From an uncultured Candidatus Saccharibacteria bacterium (lineage in GTDB: Bacteria > Patescibacteriota > Saccharimonadia > Saccharimonadales > CAZVRA01): a stretch of DNA of 58,344 nt. Below, piece after piece: positions 34,158-45,622 of this stretch. Where the stretch lies: contig CAZVRA010000004.1 of NCBI GenBank assembly GCA_964630055.1, positions 1-58,344 on the forward strand. Direction: 5' to 3'. The notes below the pieces were generated by a model, which saw only the letters and a program-made list of their open reading frames with translations, was not told where the DNA came from and searched no databases. How positions within the stretch are numbered: position 1 is the stretch's first letter; every line of letters begins with the position of its first letter. The position numbers were made by a program, and so were the translations under genes.

Positions 34158-35327
34158 ATGCAAACAGTAGCAGTTGTATTTGGCAGCCGTAGCACCGAGC
34201 ACGATGTTTCGGTGGTGACGGCTCTGGGCAGCATTATTAAACCGTTGGAATTAACCAAAAAATACCGGGTCGAGGCGGCTTACATTGCCAAAGACGGCGC
34301 TTGGTACTGGGACGATGCTCTAAAAAGCATCGACCTTTTTAGTAGCGGTCGCATAAACGAGTGGCTGCATAAAGCGCAGCCGGCTAGTATCCAGTTCGAC
34401 GGAGGCATGACTCTGGTTAAGGCTGGCGGTTTGGCTGGTCGCAAAAAACTGCAAAAAATTGATGTGGTTTTTCCGGCCACTCATGGCACTTACGGCGAAG
34501 ACGGCAGCCTAATGGGCCTGCTTCGGATGGCTAATGTGCCGTTTGTTGGTTGCGACCTAGACGCCAGCGTTGTTGCCATGGACAAGGTGCTGGCCAAGCA
34601 GCAGGCTCAGACCAATAACATCCCGGTGGCAAAATACCATAATTTTTGGGCCGATGATTACGCCACCAAAAGCGCCGAAATTATTAAGCAAATCGAAACT
34701 GGCCTAAAATACCCGCTTTTTGTTAAGCCAGCTCACCTGGGCAGCAGTATTGGCATTAGCCGTGCCACCAATACAGCCGAGCTGCGTAACGCTATAGAGG
34801 TGGCCGCTCACTACGACGACAAAGTCCTGGTCGAGGAAGAAATCCCCAATTTAATAGAAGTCACTCTGCCAATTATGGGCAACAACCAGCCAAGGGCGGC
34901 ACTACTCGAGCGGCCACTGACCACTGCCGAGGATTTTTTTGATTTCGATACCAAATATATGAATGGCGGCAAAAAAAATGGTGGCCAGAAGGGTGGCGTT
35001 AAAGGTGCCCAGGGCTACAGCGAGTTGCCAGCCAAATTGCCAAAAGAACTTTACGACAAGGCCGAAGCGCTGGGCAAACAAGTTTACGTGGCGCTAGGTT
35101 GCAGCGGTATTGCCAGAGTAGACATGCTAATTAACAGCAAAACAAAGGTGGTTTATTTTAACGAAGTTAACCCACTGCCGGGTGGTTTATATGACCATAA
35201 CTGGCGGGCTGCCGGAGTTAGTAGCGTAGAACTAGTTACTCAGTTGGTTCGCCTAGCCGAAGAGCGCTGGCAGCATCAACAGAGTAAAAACACAGTTTTT
35301 AGTACTAACTTTTTGCAACAATTTTAA
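34158..35327 (+). CDS. ddl: D-alanine--D-alanine ligase
   Basis: ATP-grasp protein. VAVVFGSRSTEHDVS start, HGTYGEDGSLMGLL, and C-terminal ARVDML...FNEVNPLPG. The ORF track starts at TTG 34128, but ATG 34158 fits the promoter. Confidence 0.9.
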   Translation: MQTVAVVFGSRSTEHDVSVVTALGSIIKPLELTKKYRVEAAYIAKDGAWYWDDALKSIDLFSSGRINEWLHKAQPASIQFDGGMTLVKAGGLAGRKKLQKIDVVFPATHGTYGEDGSLMGLLRMANVPFVGCDLDASVVAMDKVLAKQQAQTNNIPVAKYHNFWADDYATKSAEIIKQIETGLKYPLFVKPAHLGSSIGISRATNTAELRNAIEVAAHYDDKVLVEEEIPNLIEVTLPIMGNNQPRAALLERPLTTAEDFFDFDTKYMNGGKKNGGQKGGVKGAQGYSELPAKLPKELYDKAEALGKQVYVALGCSGIARVDMLINSKTKVVYFNEVNPLPGGLYDHNWRAAGVSSVELVTQLVRLAEERWQHQQSKNTVFSTNFLQQF

Positions 35328-35341
35328 GGTCAGACTAAGCT

Positions 35342-36628
35342 ATGCGCAGAAATATTGTTCATCCCGGTGCGTCCGAATTGCAGTACGAAATTCGGGCGAT
35401 TGTAGAGGTGGCTGACCGCTTAGAAGCGGCTGGCGTACCGATATTGTGGGAAAACATTGGCGACCCAGTGGCCAAGGGCGAGCCAGTGCCAGCCTGGCTC
35501 AAGGCGCTTTTGTCAGTGACCATGATTAAAGACACTAGTTATGCTTACTCGCCAACCAAGGGTTTGCTGGAAACCCGGCAGTATCTGGCCGATAAACGCT
35601 CGCGCGAAACTGGGCGCCAGCTGCAAGCCGACGACATCATATTTTTTAATGGTCTGGGCGACGCCATATCCAAAGCTTATGCTTGGCTGCGGCCGCGGGC
35701 GCGTATTCTTGGCCCAACGCCGGCTTATCCGACCCACAGTTCGGTGGAGGCGGCTCACGCCGGCGACCAGCCGCTAACTTATCAGCTGGACCCAAACAAC
35801 GGTTGGCTGCCCAACATGGCCGATGTCCGCAACAAGGTCAAATACAATCCCAGCATTGTTGGCCTGCTAATTATTAACCCCGACAACCCCACCGGCATGG
35901 TTTATCCACGTCACATTTTGGAAGAATTTGTGTCGATTGCCCGCGAATACGATCTGTTTTTGGTGGCCGACGAAATATACGCCAACCTAGTTTTTCCAGA
36001 TGTAGAGTTTGTCAGCATTGCCAGTCTGTGCGGCGAAATCCCGACAATTATTATGCGCGGTCTCAGCAAGGAGTTGCCGTGGCCCGGTGCTCGCTGTGGT
36101 TGGATGGAAGTCTACAATCATTATGTCGATATGGATTTTGCTAAATACATTCAGTCGATTGTTGATGCCAAGATGCAAGAGGTCTGCGCCACCACCTTGC
36201 CGCAATATATTTTGCCCAAAGCCTTGTCGCACCGTTCGTATAAACGCAGCATTGCCAAGCGAGTCAAAAAATACCAGCGCCGAGCGCGCCAATTAAGCGC
36301 TTTGGTGGCTGACATGCCAGGGGTCAATTTTGTTGAGCCCAAGGGCGCATTTTATGGCACTTTTGTTATTGAGCGATCGGTGGCGGCTCGTAAGTTCGAT
36401 ATGTACAACGACCAGGCTCAAAAAATACTCGACGAGTGCATCATGGACGAGCCCGACATGCCGCGCGACAAAAAGTTTTGCCTGCGAGTTTTGGCCTCAA
36501 CCGGTCTTTGCCTAGTGCCGCTGTGCGGTTTTAGCTCGGACTTAGTCGGCTTTAGAATGACCCTCCTAGAGGAGGACGACGCCGTTTTTGACCGCATATG
36601 CGGTATTCTCAAAGAAGTGATGAGCTAA
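35342..36628 (+). CDS. Class I/II pyridoxal-phosphate aminotransferase (alanine aminotransferase-like)
   Basis: 428 aa. PLP-lysine region GLSKELPWPGARCGW, INPDNPTG, ADEIY motifs. Confidence 0.85.
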   Translation: MRRNIVHPGASELQYEIRAIVEVADRLEAAGVPILWENIGDPVAKGEPVPAWLKALLSVTMIKDTSYAYSPTKGLLETRQYLADKRSRETGRQLQADDIIFFNGLGDAISKAYAWLRPRARILGPTPAYPTHSSVEAAHAGDQPLTYQLDPNNGWLPNMADVRNKVKYNPSIVGLLIINPDNPTGMVYPRHILEEFVSIAREYDLFLVADEIYANLVFPDVEFVSIASLCGEIPTIIMRGLSKELPWPGARCGWMEVYNHYVDMDFAKYIQSIVDAKMQEVCATTLPQYILPKALSHRSYKRSIAKRVKKYQRRARQLSALVADMPGVNFVEPKGAFYGTFVIERSVAARKFDMYNDQAQKILDECIMDEPDMPRDKKFCLRVLASTGLCLVPLCGFSSDLVGFRMTLLEEDDAVFDRICGILKEVMS

Positions 36629-36629
36629 T

Positions 36630-37661
36630 TTACGTATTTATAAAACGGTTGTGGGTGCTGATTTTACTGATTTGTTTGGGGTCAGGTTGGTCGAGACTAT
36701 TGGCAAAAAATATAATTGCCCACCGCGCACATGACACGGTGGTTTGGCCAGGAAAGCGCCGGCCTTTGTTGAGATTTTCGCTAGTTTGAACGCTGTGCCA
36801 AGCTGGCGCCAAATCTTGTTTGGCCTCGGCCGATTGCAGTTTTGAAGCCAGGTCTTGACCCATAAATACCGCCGCTGCATCGCCACGACGAACTACCAAT
36901 TCGGGTTCGGCGGTGGCGTTGGGCGCAATTTGCAGGCCTTGGTGGCTTTCGGCTAACTGCAAAGTCAGCAGACCCTTATCGTAATGGCCCCCAGCCGAAT
37001 ATTGATCATCTTTTTTTGCATCATCACCGCTCGGCTGATTATTGTGATAAAAAAGTAGTCGTAAGGGGCTTTGGCGTAAAAACTCGCTACTAAAATAGCG
37101 CCCCACCTCTGGGTGGACGAGTTCTATTTGGCTGACTACGCTGCGTGCTAGCCGGACGGCCCCACGGTGTATTTCGCGAAACGGCAGGTTTAGGGCTAAG
37201 GCCTGGTGGGGAGGCAAATTACCCCAGCCGTATTTTTCGTGGTTGGCTTTAACCAGCGCTGACCAGTCGGGTGTCCAGTGAAAATATTCTTTAGGATCAT
37301 CATTGATTTCTATGCCAGCCGCTCGCAGGGCAGTGGCCTGAATTGACCTGTTAGTATAACCCAACGGCTTGTGTGGATAATTAACATTAGTTCTGTATTT
37401 GTGCCAAGTTGCCTGTTGGTCGCGGCTTCTGTCTAGATTATCGAGTTGGCTAGCAATATCGGGTGAATCTGTCGGTAGCATCGCCAGTAACGTCTCTGGC
37501 TCAGGATCCGGTAGTTCGGTGGTAAATTTGTTGTACGCAGATACCAATAAGCCAAACCACTCCTGGTTTATGCCGTGTTCTATTTCAGCATAGCTGCGAT
37601 GTCTGATTTCGGTTACTAACCAATCGCGCGGTTTTTCGCCACCCGAGCCAACTTCAGTCAT
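36630..37661 (-). CDS. 2-oxoglutarate/Fe(II)-dependent oxygenase superfamily protein (IPNS-like)
   Basis: Trimmed to ATG 37661, preceded by AGGAGG. LRLLFYHNN...GGHYDKGLLTLQL..HQGLQI...AVFMGQDL...WHSV...R.A.IFF fits the HxD...H...R jelly-roll pattern. Confidence 0.55.
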   Translation of the reverse strand: MTEVGSGGEKPRDWLVTEIRHRSYAEIEHGINQEWFGLLVSAYNKFTTELPDPEPETLLAMLPTDSPDIASQLDNLDRSRDQQATWHKYRTNVNYPHKPLGYTNRSIQATALRAAGIEINDDPKEYFHWTPDWSALVKANHEKYGWGNLPPHQALALNLPFREIHRGAVRLARSVVSQIELVHPEVGRYFSSEFLRQSPLRLLFYHNNQPSGDDAKKDDQYSAGGHYDKGLLTLQLAESHQGLQIAPNATAEPELVVRRGDAAAVFMGQDLASKLQSAEAKQDLAPAWHSVQTSENLNKGRRFPGQTTVSCARWAIIFFANSLDQPDPKQISKISTHNRFINT

Positions 37662-37788
37662 TACACCTCCTGTGTAGCTATAGAGTCTACTCTGTTTATA
37701 TTTATCTGACAACATATTGCAGCACATATTACAACATGCTCGACTGCTTGATTTTTTGGCGTGTAGCATTTTAACAGAGACGGCTATC

Positions 37789-37797
37789 TGTTATAAT
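37789..37797 (+). promoter_or_regulatory. Extended -10 promoter TGtTATAAT 7 nt upstream of the leuS ATG (leaderless)
   Basis: ctgttataat-gggttta-ATG(37805). Confidence 0.45.
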
Positions 37798-37804
37798 GGG
37801 TTTA

Positions 37805-40276
<2,472 letters not shown>

Positions 40277-40339
40277 CCTCAATGCTTAATAAACTCAGCA
40301 CTCAATAAAGTAAGAGGCGTATCCGACTCGATCTAGGAT

Positions 40340-40747
40340 TTAGGCACCCTGATCGGGCGGCGTAGTGTTGAAATCAGGCCTATTTCTTACGCTTGGAGCT
40401 CTATGAAGTGGCACAACATTTTCATGCCTGACAACTGGCGTTGTTGTTATTGGCTGTCTCAACTGTTTGAATCGTCTGCCCGCTGCTGGGTGGTTGCTTT
40501 TTGATTTCTCTAGCTCCGCTGATTGCTCTAGTTCATCGGCAGCAAGCACTTCTTCGGCACCAACGGCCATAGCTCCAACCTCTTTGACAGTGTCGTCGCT
40601 AACTAGCCTTAAATTTCCATACTCGAAATTATCATAGTCTATGCCGCTAGGTTTTTGGGGATTGTCTACAGCGTCGGGCCCGTTTTTTAGGGTATCATTT
40701 ATAATTTGGCGTTTACTAATTTCGCTAAACTCGTCAGTTCGTTTCAT
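40340..40747 (-). CDS. Hypothetical protein
   Basis: 135-aa ORF. No motif recognised. Confidence 0.45.
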   Translation of the reverse strand: MKRTDEFSEISKRQIINDTLKNGPDAVDNPQKPSGIDYDNFEYGNLRLVSDDTVKEVGAMAVGAEEVLAADELEQSAELEKSKSNHPAAGRRFKQLRQPITTTPVVRHENVVPLHRAPSVRNRPDFNTTPPDQGA

Positions 40748-40823
40748 GGTTGATACTTGGTCCTTGTTAATGAAAAATGATATTAAGCTAAATGCTTACT
40801 TATGTCAATGTCAAAACTTGCAG

Positions 40824-41267
40824 CTAACCGTTATTGCTCTTAATTTGGACAAGGTTGCAAGCTATAGGAATTTTAATATGCTCGCCGGCTTCTAGGGTAG
40901 TTAGGTCATTGCCAGGGTTCATAGCCTCGATTTTGCTGATAACATCGGAGCGGAATGCTTTATCTCGGTCGGCGGCTTCAGAATAACTATTAATTTCGGC
41001 ACCACTTTGATCACTCTGACGCGTAGCATTGAACTTGCTTACACCCTCGATTTTACTAAGCATGGCGTTATGGCCTGTGCCAGCAGGTACAACATATTCT
41101 GTTTGGCCCTCACATTTTGCTGAGTATTTAACAGTGGTGTTATCGTCCTCGGTGCAAGATTTTATACATGTAAGTAGGGCCAAGCCAGCTGCAACGCCAG
41201 CTATTACCTTTATACTGGTTCGCATATTGCGGTATTCTTCGGATGGATCGTGGTTAAATTCTCTCAT
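40824..41267 (-). CDS. Hypothetical exported protein/lipoprotein candidate
   Basis: 147-aa ORF with a signal-like segment IKVIAGVAAGLALLTC. The lipobox-like LLTC is not canonical. Confidence 0.4.
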   Translation of the reverse strand: MREFNHDPSEEYRNMRTSIKVIAGVAAGLALLTCIKSCTEDDNTTVKYSAKCEGQTEYVVPAGTGHNAMLSKIEGVSKFNATRQSDQSGAEINSYSEAADRDKAFRSDVISKIEAMNPGNDLTTLEAGEHIKIPIACNLVQIKSNNG

Positions 41268-41353
41268 AACGCGTCCATTATATACTACTAAAGCTTATTT
41301 GTCAATAACTGGACATCGCTAAAATCGTTCTGCTCTAACGGCATCTATAAATA

Positions 41354-41382
41354 CTTGAGCGTACGCGTTTTATCTGGTATTA
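41354..41382 (+). promoter_or_regulatory. Sigma70-like promoter upstream of rpmF
   Basis: TTGAGC-N17-TATTAT (overlapping TATAAT). AAAGGAG RBS precedes the ATG at 41467. Confidence 0.45.
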
Positions 41383-41466
41383 TAATCCAAAGTAACAAAA
41401 GCATAGCCTCGGAATATAAACAGATAGAAGAGGCGTAATAGTACGAATTTATTAAAGGAGACAATA

Positions 41467-41622
41467 ATGGGTAAACCAAAGAAACGAAGCACACCACGCC
41501 GTACTGGCATGCGTCGTAGTCATCTGGCACTAAAATTGGCACGAGCTGTTAATAGTAAGTCGCCGGTCAAAGTTTTTACTACTAAGCGCGAAAGTGCTAA
41601 AAAGGTAGCCGCTAATCAGTAA
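41467..41622 (+). CDS. rpmF: 50S ribosomal protein L32 (bL32)
   Basis: 51-aa ORF below the track cutoff: MGKPKKRSTPRRTGMRRSHLALK... matches the bL32 N-terminal signature. AAAGGAG RBS. Confidence 0.8.
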   Translation: MGKPKKRSTPRRTGMRRSHLALKLARAVNSKSPVKVFTTKRESAKKVAANQ

Positions 41623-41757
41623 CCTATTGCTCGGGCAAAAACTTAGCACCGTCATCGGTTTATGGTTCGACAAACATTGGTGCATACGCTATAATGTAGC
41701 CCGTAACAGATAACGTTTCTCAAGTTTAAAGAGAAATAGCAACGGACATTTAACAAT

Positions 41758-42318
41758 ATGGCATCAAATAGGCACTTAGGCAGAATATTGGCCCTTCAGA
41801 CTCTTTACGAATATGGTTTTCGCAAAGATGCTGGTGACCAGAGTTTGCAAGTTAACGATATTTTGATGCGCAACATTGCCCGTTATCAGGAAACTGTTGA
41901 AGATCGACGATTTATTGAGTTGCTTGTAGAGGGTGTGCTTAAGCACCAGGCCGATCTTGATGCTGTTTTGCAGCCAATCGCCCCAGATTGGCCGCTTGAT
42001 CAGATAGCCCGCATGGATCGTTCGGTTTTGCAAATGGGTCTTTATGAGTTGTTGCTAGACTCGGATGTACCCACAAAAGTGGTGATCAATGAAGCGGTAG
42101 AACTGGCCAAAGCCTTTGGTGGCGAAAATAGTTCTAAGTTTATTAACGGGGTACTTGGAACAGTGGTACGCCGCCGCGATGATGGCTCATTGCAGATGCC
42201 AGAGCAACTGGCATTATCTGCAACTCCTAGCAAACCCGATACGGGCCAGAAGCCAAAAATCGAACCTAAAACTAAAAAATCACCCAAAACTACTACCAAA
42301 GTTGGCAATAAAGCCTAA
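41758..42318 (+). CDS. nusB: Transcription antitermination factor NusB with a Lys/Pro-rich C-terminal tail
   Basis: 186 aa. RILALQTLYEY..., ...LDRMDRSVLQMGLYELL..DVP..VVINEAVELAKAFG...SKFINGVLG. Confidence 0.88.
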   Translation: MASNRHLGRILALQTLYEYGFRKDAGDQSLQVNDILMRNIARYQETVEDRRFIELLVEGVLKHQADLDAVLQPIAPDWPLDQIARMDRSVLQMGLYELLLDSDVPTKVVINEAVELAKAFGGENSSKFINGVLGTVVRRRDDGSLQMPEQLALSATPSKPDTGQKPKIEPKTKKSPKTTTKVGNKA

Positions 42319-42342
42319 TTTAAGATAACAGAAGAAAATATT

Positions 42343-42846
42343 ATGCAAATGAAACGACCAAAGCCAATACAAGGCATACGCAAATTTGTTCGCCGGCGGC
42401 CAATTATTAACGAGGTAGTCCGCGAGCCAACCGCTGGCGGCGTGGTTTTTCGTCATAACCCCAAGACTAAACAGTTGGAAATACTGCTTATCCAGGACGC
42501 AAAAGATCGCTGGACTATCCCCAAAGGTCATATAGAAGAAGGCGAGACGGCTCGCCAAACGGCCGAACGCGAGATTGGCGAAGAAACGGGCCTGACTCAG
42601 GTAAAAGTTATGAGTTGGCTTGGAAAGATTAACTTTCGGTACCGCCGAGCCAGTAGTTTGGTGCTTATGACCACTGAGATTTTTTTGACCAAAGCCTTGG
42701 GTGACACCGACGCGCTAAAGCCCGAGGACTGGATGAACGGTATTAAGTGGTTTTCGGCTAACGAAGCGCTAGACAAGATCGAATACGAGGATATAGGCAA
42801 GCTAATTTTAGTGGCCATGACAAAAATTCGAGAAGGCAATTTGTAG
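42343..42846 (+). CDS. NUDIX hydrolase
   Basis: 167 aa. Nudix box KGHIEEGETARQTAEREIGEETGL. Confidence 0.85.
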   Translation: MQMKRPKPIQGIRKFVRRRPIINEVVREPTAGGVVFRHNPKTKQLEILLIQDAKDRWTIPKGHIEEGETARQTAEREIGEETGLTQVKVMSWLGKINFRYRRASSLVLMTTEIFLTKALGDTDALKPEDWMNGIKWFSANEALDKIEYEDIGKLILVAMTKIREGNL

Positions 42847-42851
42847 TAGTC

Positions 42852-43571
42852 ATGCAGGATACCAGGGCTTACACTGTCTTTGCCAAAGAAGTTCTAGGTG
42901 TAGTATTTAATGATATTAATCTGCTAGTTACTGCTTTTACGCATCGCAGTTATGTTAACGAACACCGCAAAACAGCTCGCGAGCATAATGAACGGCTCGA
43001 ATTTTTGGGTGATGCAGTGCTCGAGCTGGTAACTACTAAGTACTTATACCTAAATTTTAGTGAACCAGAAGGCATACTAACCAATTGGCGTAGCAGCTTG
43101 GTAAGGACCGAGAGTATAAGTGCGGCCGCTGGTCGTCATGGGTTTGCACCCTTGCTTAGGTTAAGCAGAGGCGAACGACGTGGCACAGAACGGGCGAGGG
43201 CCCAGATATTAGCCAATGCTTATGAGGCAGTCATTGGTGCGTTGTATTTGGACCAGGGTTACGAGGCGGTAGAAGCTTTTATTACCCGAACCCTGCTGGG
43301 CACTTTTGTCGATATACTAGAAACTGGATCCTGGTTGGATCCTAAATCTCATCTGCAAGAGCAAGCTCAGAGCCATGATGGCTACACGCCTATATATAAG
43401 GTTTTGACCGAAGAAGGGCCTGACCACGACAAGGTATTTACGGTCGGTGTATATGTAAACGGTCAGCTTAAAGGTCAGGGTGTGGGGCCAAGTAAGCAGG
43501 CCGGTCAGCAAAAGGCTGCCGAAGCAGCGTTGCTTTATTATCAGCAAGCTAGCTCAAAAAAGCCTAGTTAG
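42852..43571 (+). CDS. rnc: Ribonuclease III
   Basis: 239 aa. Signature NERLEFLGDAVLELV, plus a C-terminal dsRBD (KSHLQEQAQ...GPSKQAGQQKAAEAAL). Confidence 0.93.
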   Translation: MQDTRAYTVFAKEVLGVVFNDINLLVTAFTHRSYVNEHRKTAREHNERLEFLGDAVLELVTTKYLYLNFSEPEGILTNWRSSLVRTESISAAAGRHGFAPLLRLSRGERRGTERARAQILANAYEAVIGALYLDQGYEAVEAFITRTLLGTFVDILETGSWLDPKSHLQEQAQSHDGYTPIYKVLTEEGPDHDKVFTVGVYVNGQLKGQGVGPSKQAGQQKAAEAALLYYQQASSKKPS

Positions 43572-43591
43572 GTTGCGACCTGGTTGACGGT

Positions 43592-43620
43592 TTGACTTTT
43601 GTCGCCTCTACCTCTATAAT
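43592..43620 (+). promoter_or_regulatory. Consensus sigma70 promoter upstream of rpsP
   Basis: TTGACT (43592-43597), 17-nt spacer, TATAAT (43615-43620). Confidence 0.55.
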
Positions 43621-43674
43621 ACGTCGCAGCAATCAACAATAAGTTAAAGTTCAGAGAAGGAAAAAGCCAAATTT

Positions 43675-44139
43675 ATGTTAGCTATTCGTATGCAGCGAAC
43701 CGGTCGCAAAGGCCATGCCCAATATCGAGTTGTCGTGCAAGACAGCCGTTTAACACCTACCAGCGGCCGGGTTGTCGCTCGTTTGGGTGCTTATAATCCT
43801 CACACCAAGTCAGCCGAGCTAGATTCCAAAAAAGCCGAATTTTACCTGGGTAATGGTGCGCAACCTTCGGATCGTGTGGCTCGTCTATTCCAAAAAGAGG
43901 GCATAAAGCTACCATATTGGGTGTCAATTGCTGCGCCTCAGAAGCGAACTGTTCGTAATCCAGAAAAGCTCCGCAAGAACCAGCCTCAAGAACAGCCAAG
44001 CGAGGAGCCCAAAGAAGATCCTGAACAAGATCCCAAAGTAGACAAGCCAGAAGAGCCCGCAGAAGCAGCCACCAAGGCTACCGCCGATACAGATGCCGAA
44101 GCAGATAGCGAAACAGAAGTAAAAGCAGAAACTAAATAA
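43675..44139 (+). CDS. rpsP: 30S ribosomal protein S16 (bS16) with an acidic/lysine-rich C-terminal extension
   Basis: MLAIRMQRTGRKGHAQYRVVVQDSR... is the S16 N-terminus. The last 60 or so aa are low-complexity E/P/K/D/A. Confidence 0.9.
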   Translation: MLAIRMQRTGRKGHAQYRVVVQDSRLTPTSGRVVARLGAYNPHTKSAELDSKKAEFYLGNGAQPSDRVARLFQKEGIKLPYWVSIAAPQKRTVRNPEKLRKNQPQEQPSEEPKEDPEQDPKVDKPEEPAEAATKATADTDAEADSETEVKAETK

Positions 44140-44243
44140 TTTTAGTTTGTAATTAGTCTAGTAAGCTTTTTGTTCGTGCCGCTGGCAAACTTTTTGGTGT
44201 TATAATATTAATGTACCAAAATTTCTCTAAAAGAAAGGCAATT

Positions 44244-44741
44244 ATGACCGCTACTATTGACCAACAATTTGTTGAATACATTGTCAGATCTCTGGTTTCC
44301 AATCCGGATGCCGTTAGTGTTGCTCGAAGCGTTGATGACAAAGGGGTTCTGCTAGAGCTAACAGTGGATCCAAATGACCTGGGCCGGGTAATTGGCAAAC
44401 GAGGCGGCACTGCGCAGAGCCTGCGTACGCTGCTTAGAGCTCTGGGAACCAAGAATGAACAAAGATACAACCTAAAAATTATCGACAATGGACCAAATGA
44501 CAGCCATGGCGATAGCATCAGCCAAGATGCCTCAAGGCAGTCTACCCCCACCGATAAAAATGACATAGCTAACAACCAGACCGATTCATCGTCAAGTATT
44601 AGCGATGCCGACAATGCCAACGATACAGTAGCCGCAGAAGATTCTAGTGCAGCGCAGGATAACCCGGAGAGATCGCATACTAGTGATGTGGTTAATAAAA
44701 CCCGCCAAGAACTAGCCGATTTAGATGATCTAGACATCTAA
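44244..44741 (+). CDS. KH-domain RNA-binding protein (YlqC/UPF0109-like) with a low-complexity C-terminal tail
   Basis: IVRSLVSNPDAVSV...VLLELTVDPNDLGRVIGKRGGTAQSLRTLL (GxxG KH motif). ATG 44244 is preferred over 44211. Classic position after rpsP. Confidence 0.8.
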   Translation: MTATIDQQFVEYIVRSLVSNPDAVSVARSVDDKGVLLELTVDPNDLGRVIGKRGGTAQSLRTLLRALGTKNEQRYNLKIIDNGPNDSHGDSISQDASRQSTPTDKNDIANNQTDSSSSISDADNANDTVAAEDSSAAQDNPERSHTSDVVNKTRQELADLDDLDI

Positions 44742-44861
44742 AAATAATCGTGCTATATTAGTACCAAGTCGAAAAATCGACCTAGTTCCGACAAAAATAA
44801 AAATATACCGAGCTCATGCGAGCCACCGGGTTGACCTGGTGGGAGCTTTATGTGACAGACG

Positions 44862-44897
44862 GAACCCGTACCCATTAAAACAGGGCGGGTTCTTTTT
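44862..44897 (+). terminator. Rho-independent terminator between the KH gene and trmD
   Basis: gaacccg-ta-ccc-attaaaaca-ggg-c-gggttc followed by ttttt. Confidence 0.6.
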
Positions 44898-44962
44898 GTT
44901 GGCGGCCAAACAGCAGCGCAGAGTATTAGACAAAATACCAAAAACGTGCTTAAATATTTACG

Positions 44963-45622
44963 ATGCAAATAACCATAATTACTCTTTTTCCGCAGATGTT
45001 CAAAGGTGTTTTTGAGTCTTCGATGCTTTTTAAGGCAGCACACAAAGGCATTGTGAGCTATCGATGCCTTGATTTACGCGACTTTGGCTTGGGCCAAAGA
45101 AAAACAGTTGATGATACACCTTATGGTGGTGGCAGTGGCATGGTGCTGATGATTGAGCCACTAACCAAGGCAGTAGAATTTGCCAAACAACAAACACCAA
45201 GCGCCAAAGTTTTGCTGATGACGCCCCGCGGTGATTTATGGGTTCAGTCACTCGCCAAAGAATATGCCACTAGGGTCGCCGGCTCTGCCGAATCTCAGGA
45301 TTTAATAATTATTTGTGGTCGCTACGAAGGTTATGACGAGCGCATAACCAGCTTGGTAGATCAACAGATTTCGGTTGGTAATTATGTCATGACCGGTGGC
45401 GAGATACCTGCCATGGCGGTTGTAGACAGTATTGTGCGTTTGCTGCCTGGTGTTTTGGGGGGCGAAACTAGCGCCGAGCAAGAGAGCTTTTATGATGACG
45501 ACAAGTCAGTAGAAGCTCCTCAGTATACTAGGCCAGAAGTTTTTCGTGGCCAAGCAGTTCCTCCGGTACTTTTAAGCGGTGACCATGCCAAAATTAAAGC
45601 TTGGCGGGCGTCGGGTGGTTAG
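44963..45622 (+). CDS. trmD: tRNA (guanine37-N1)-methyltransferase
   Basis: 219 aa. ITIITLFPQMF..., DDTPYGGGSGMVL, CGRYEGYDERI and GGE.PAM..VDS.VRLLPGVLG motifs. Confidence 0.93.
   Translation: MQITIITLFPQMFKGVFESSMLFKAAHKGIVSYRCLDLRDFGLGQRKTVDDTPYGGGSGMVLMIEPLTKAVEFAKQQTPSAKVLLMTPRGDLWVQSLAKEYATRVAGSAESQDLIIICGRYEGYDERITSLVDQQISVGNYVMTGGEIPAMAVVDSIVRLLPGVLGGETSAEQESFYDDDKSVEAPQYTRPEVFRGQAVPPVLLSGDHAKIKAWRASGG

Noticed and set aside
44153-44737. 194-aa minus-strand ORF covering the whole KH-protein gene
   Set aside because: It is antisense to a gene with a clear KH (GxxG) motif and conserved rpsP-adjacent position. The ORF is Ser/Leu-rich low complexity produced by the biased composition of the sense-strand tail. 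It has no start context.
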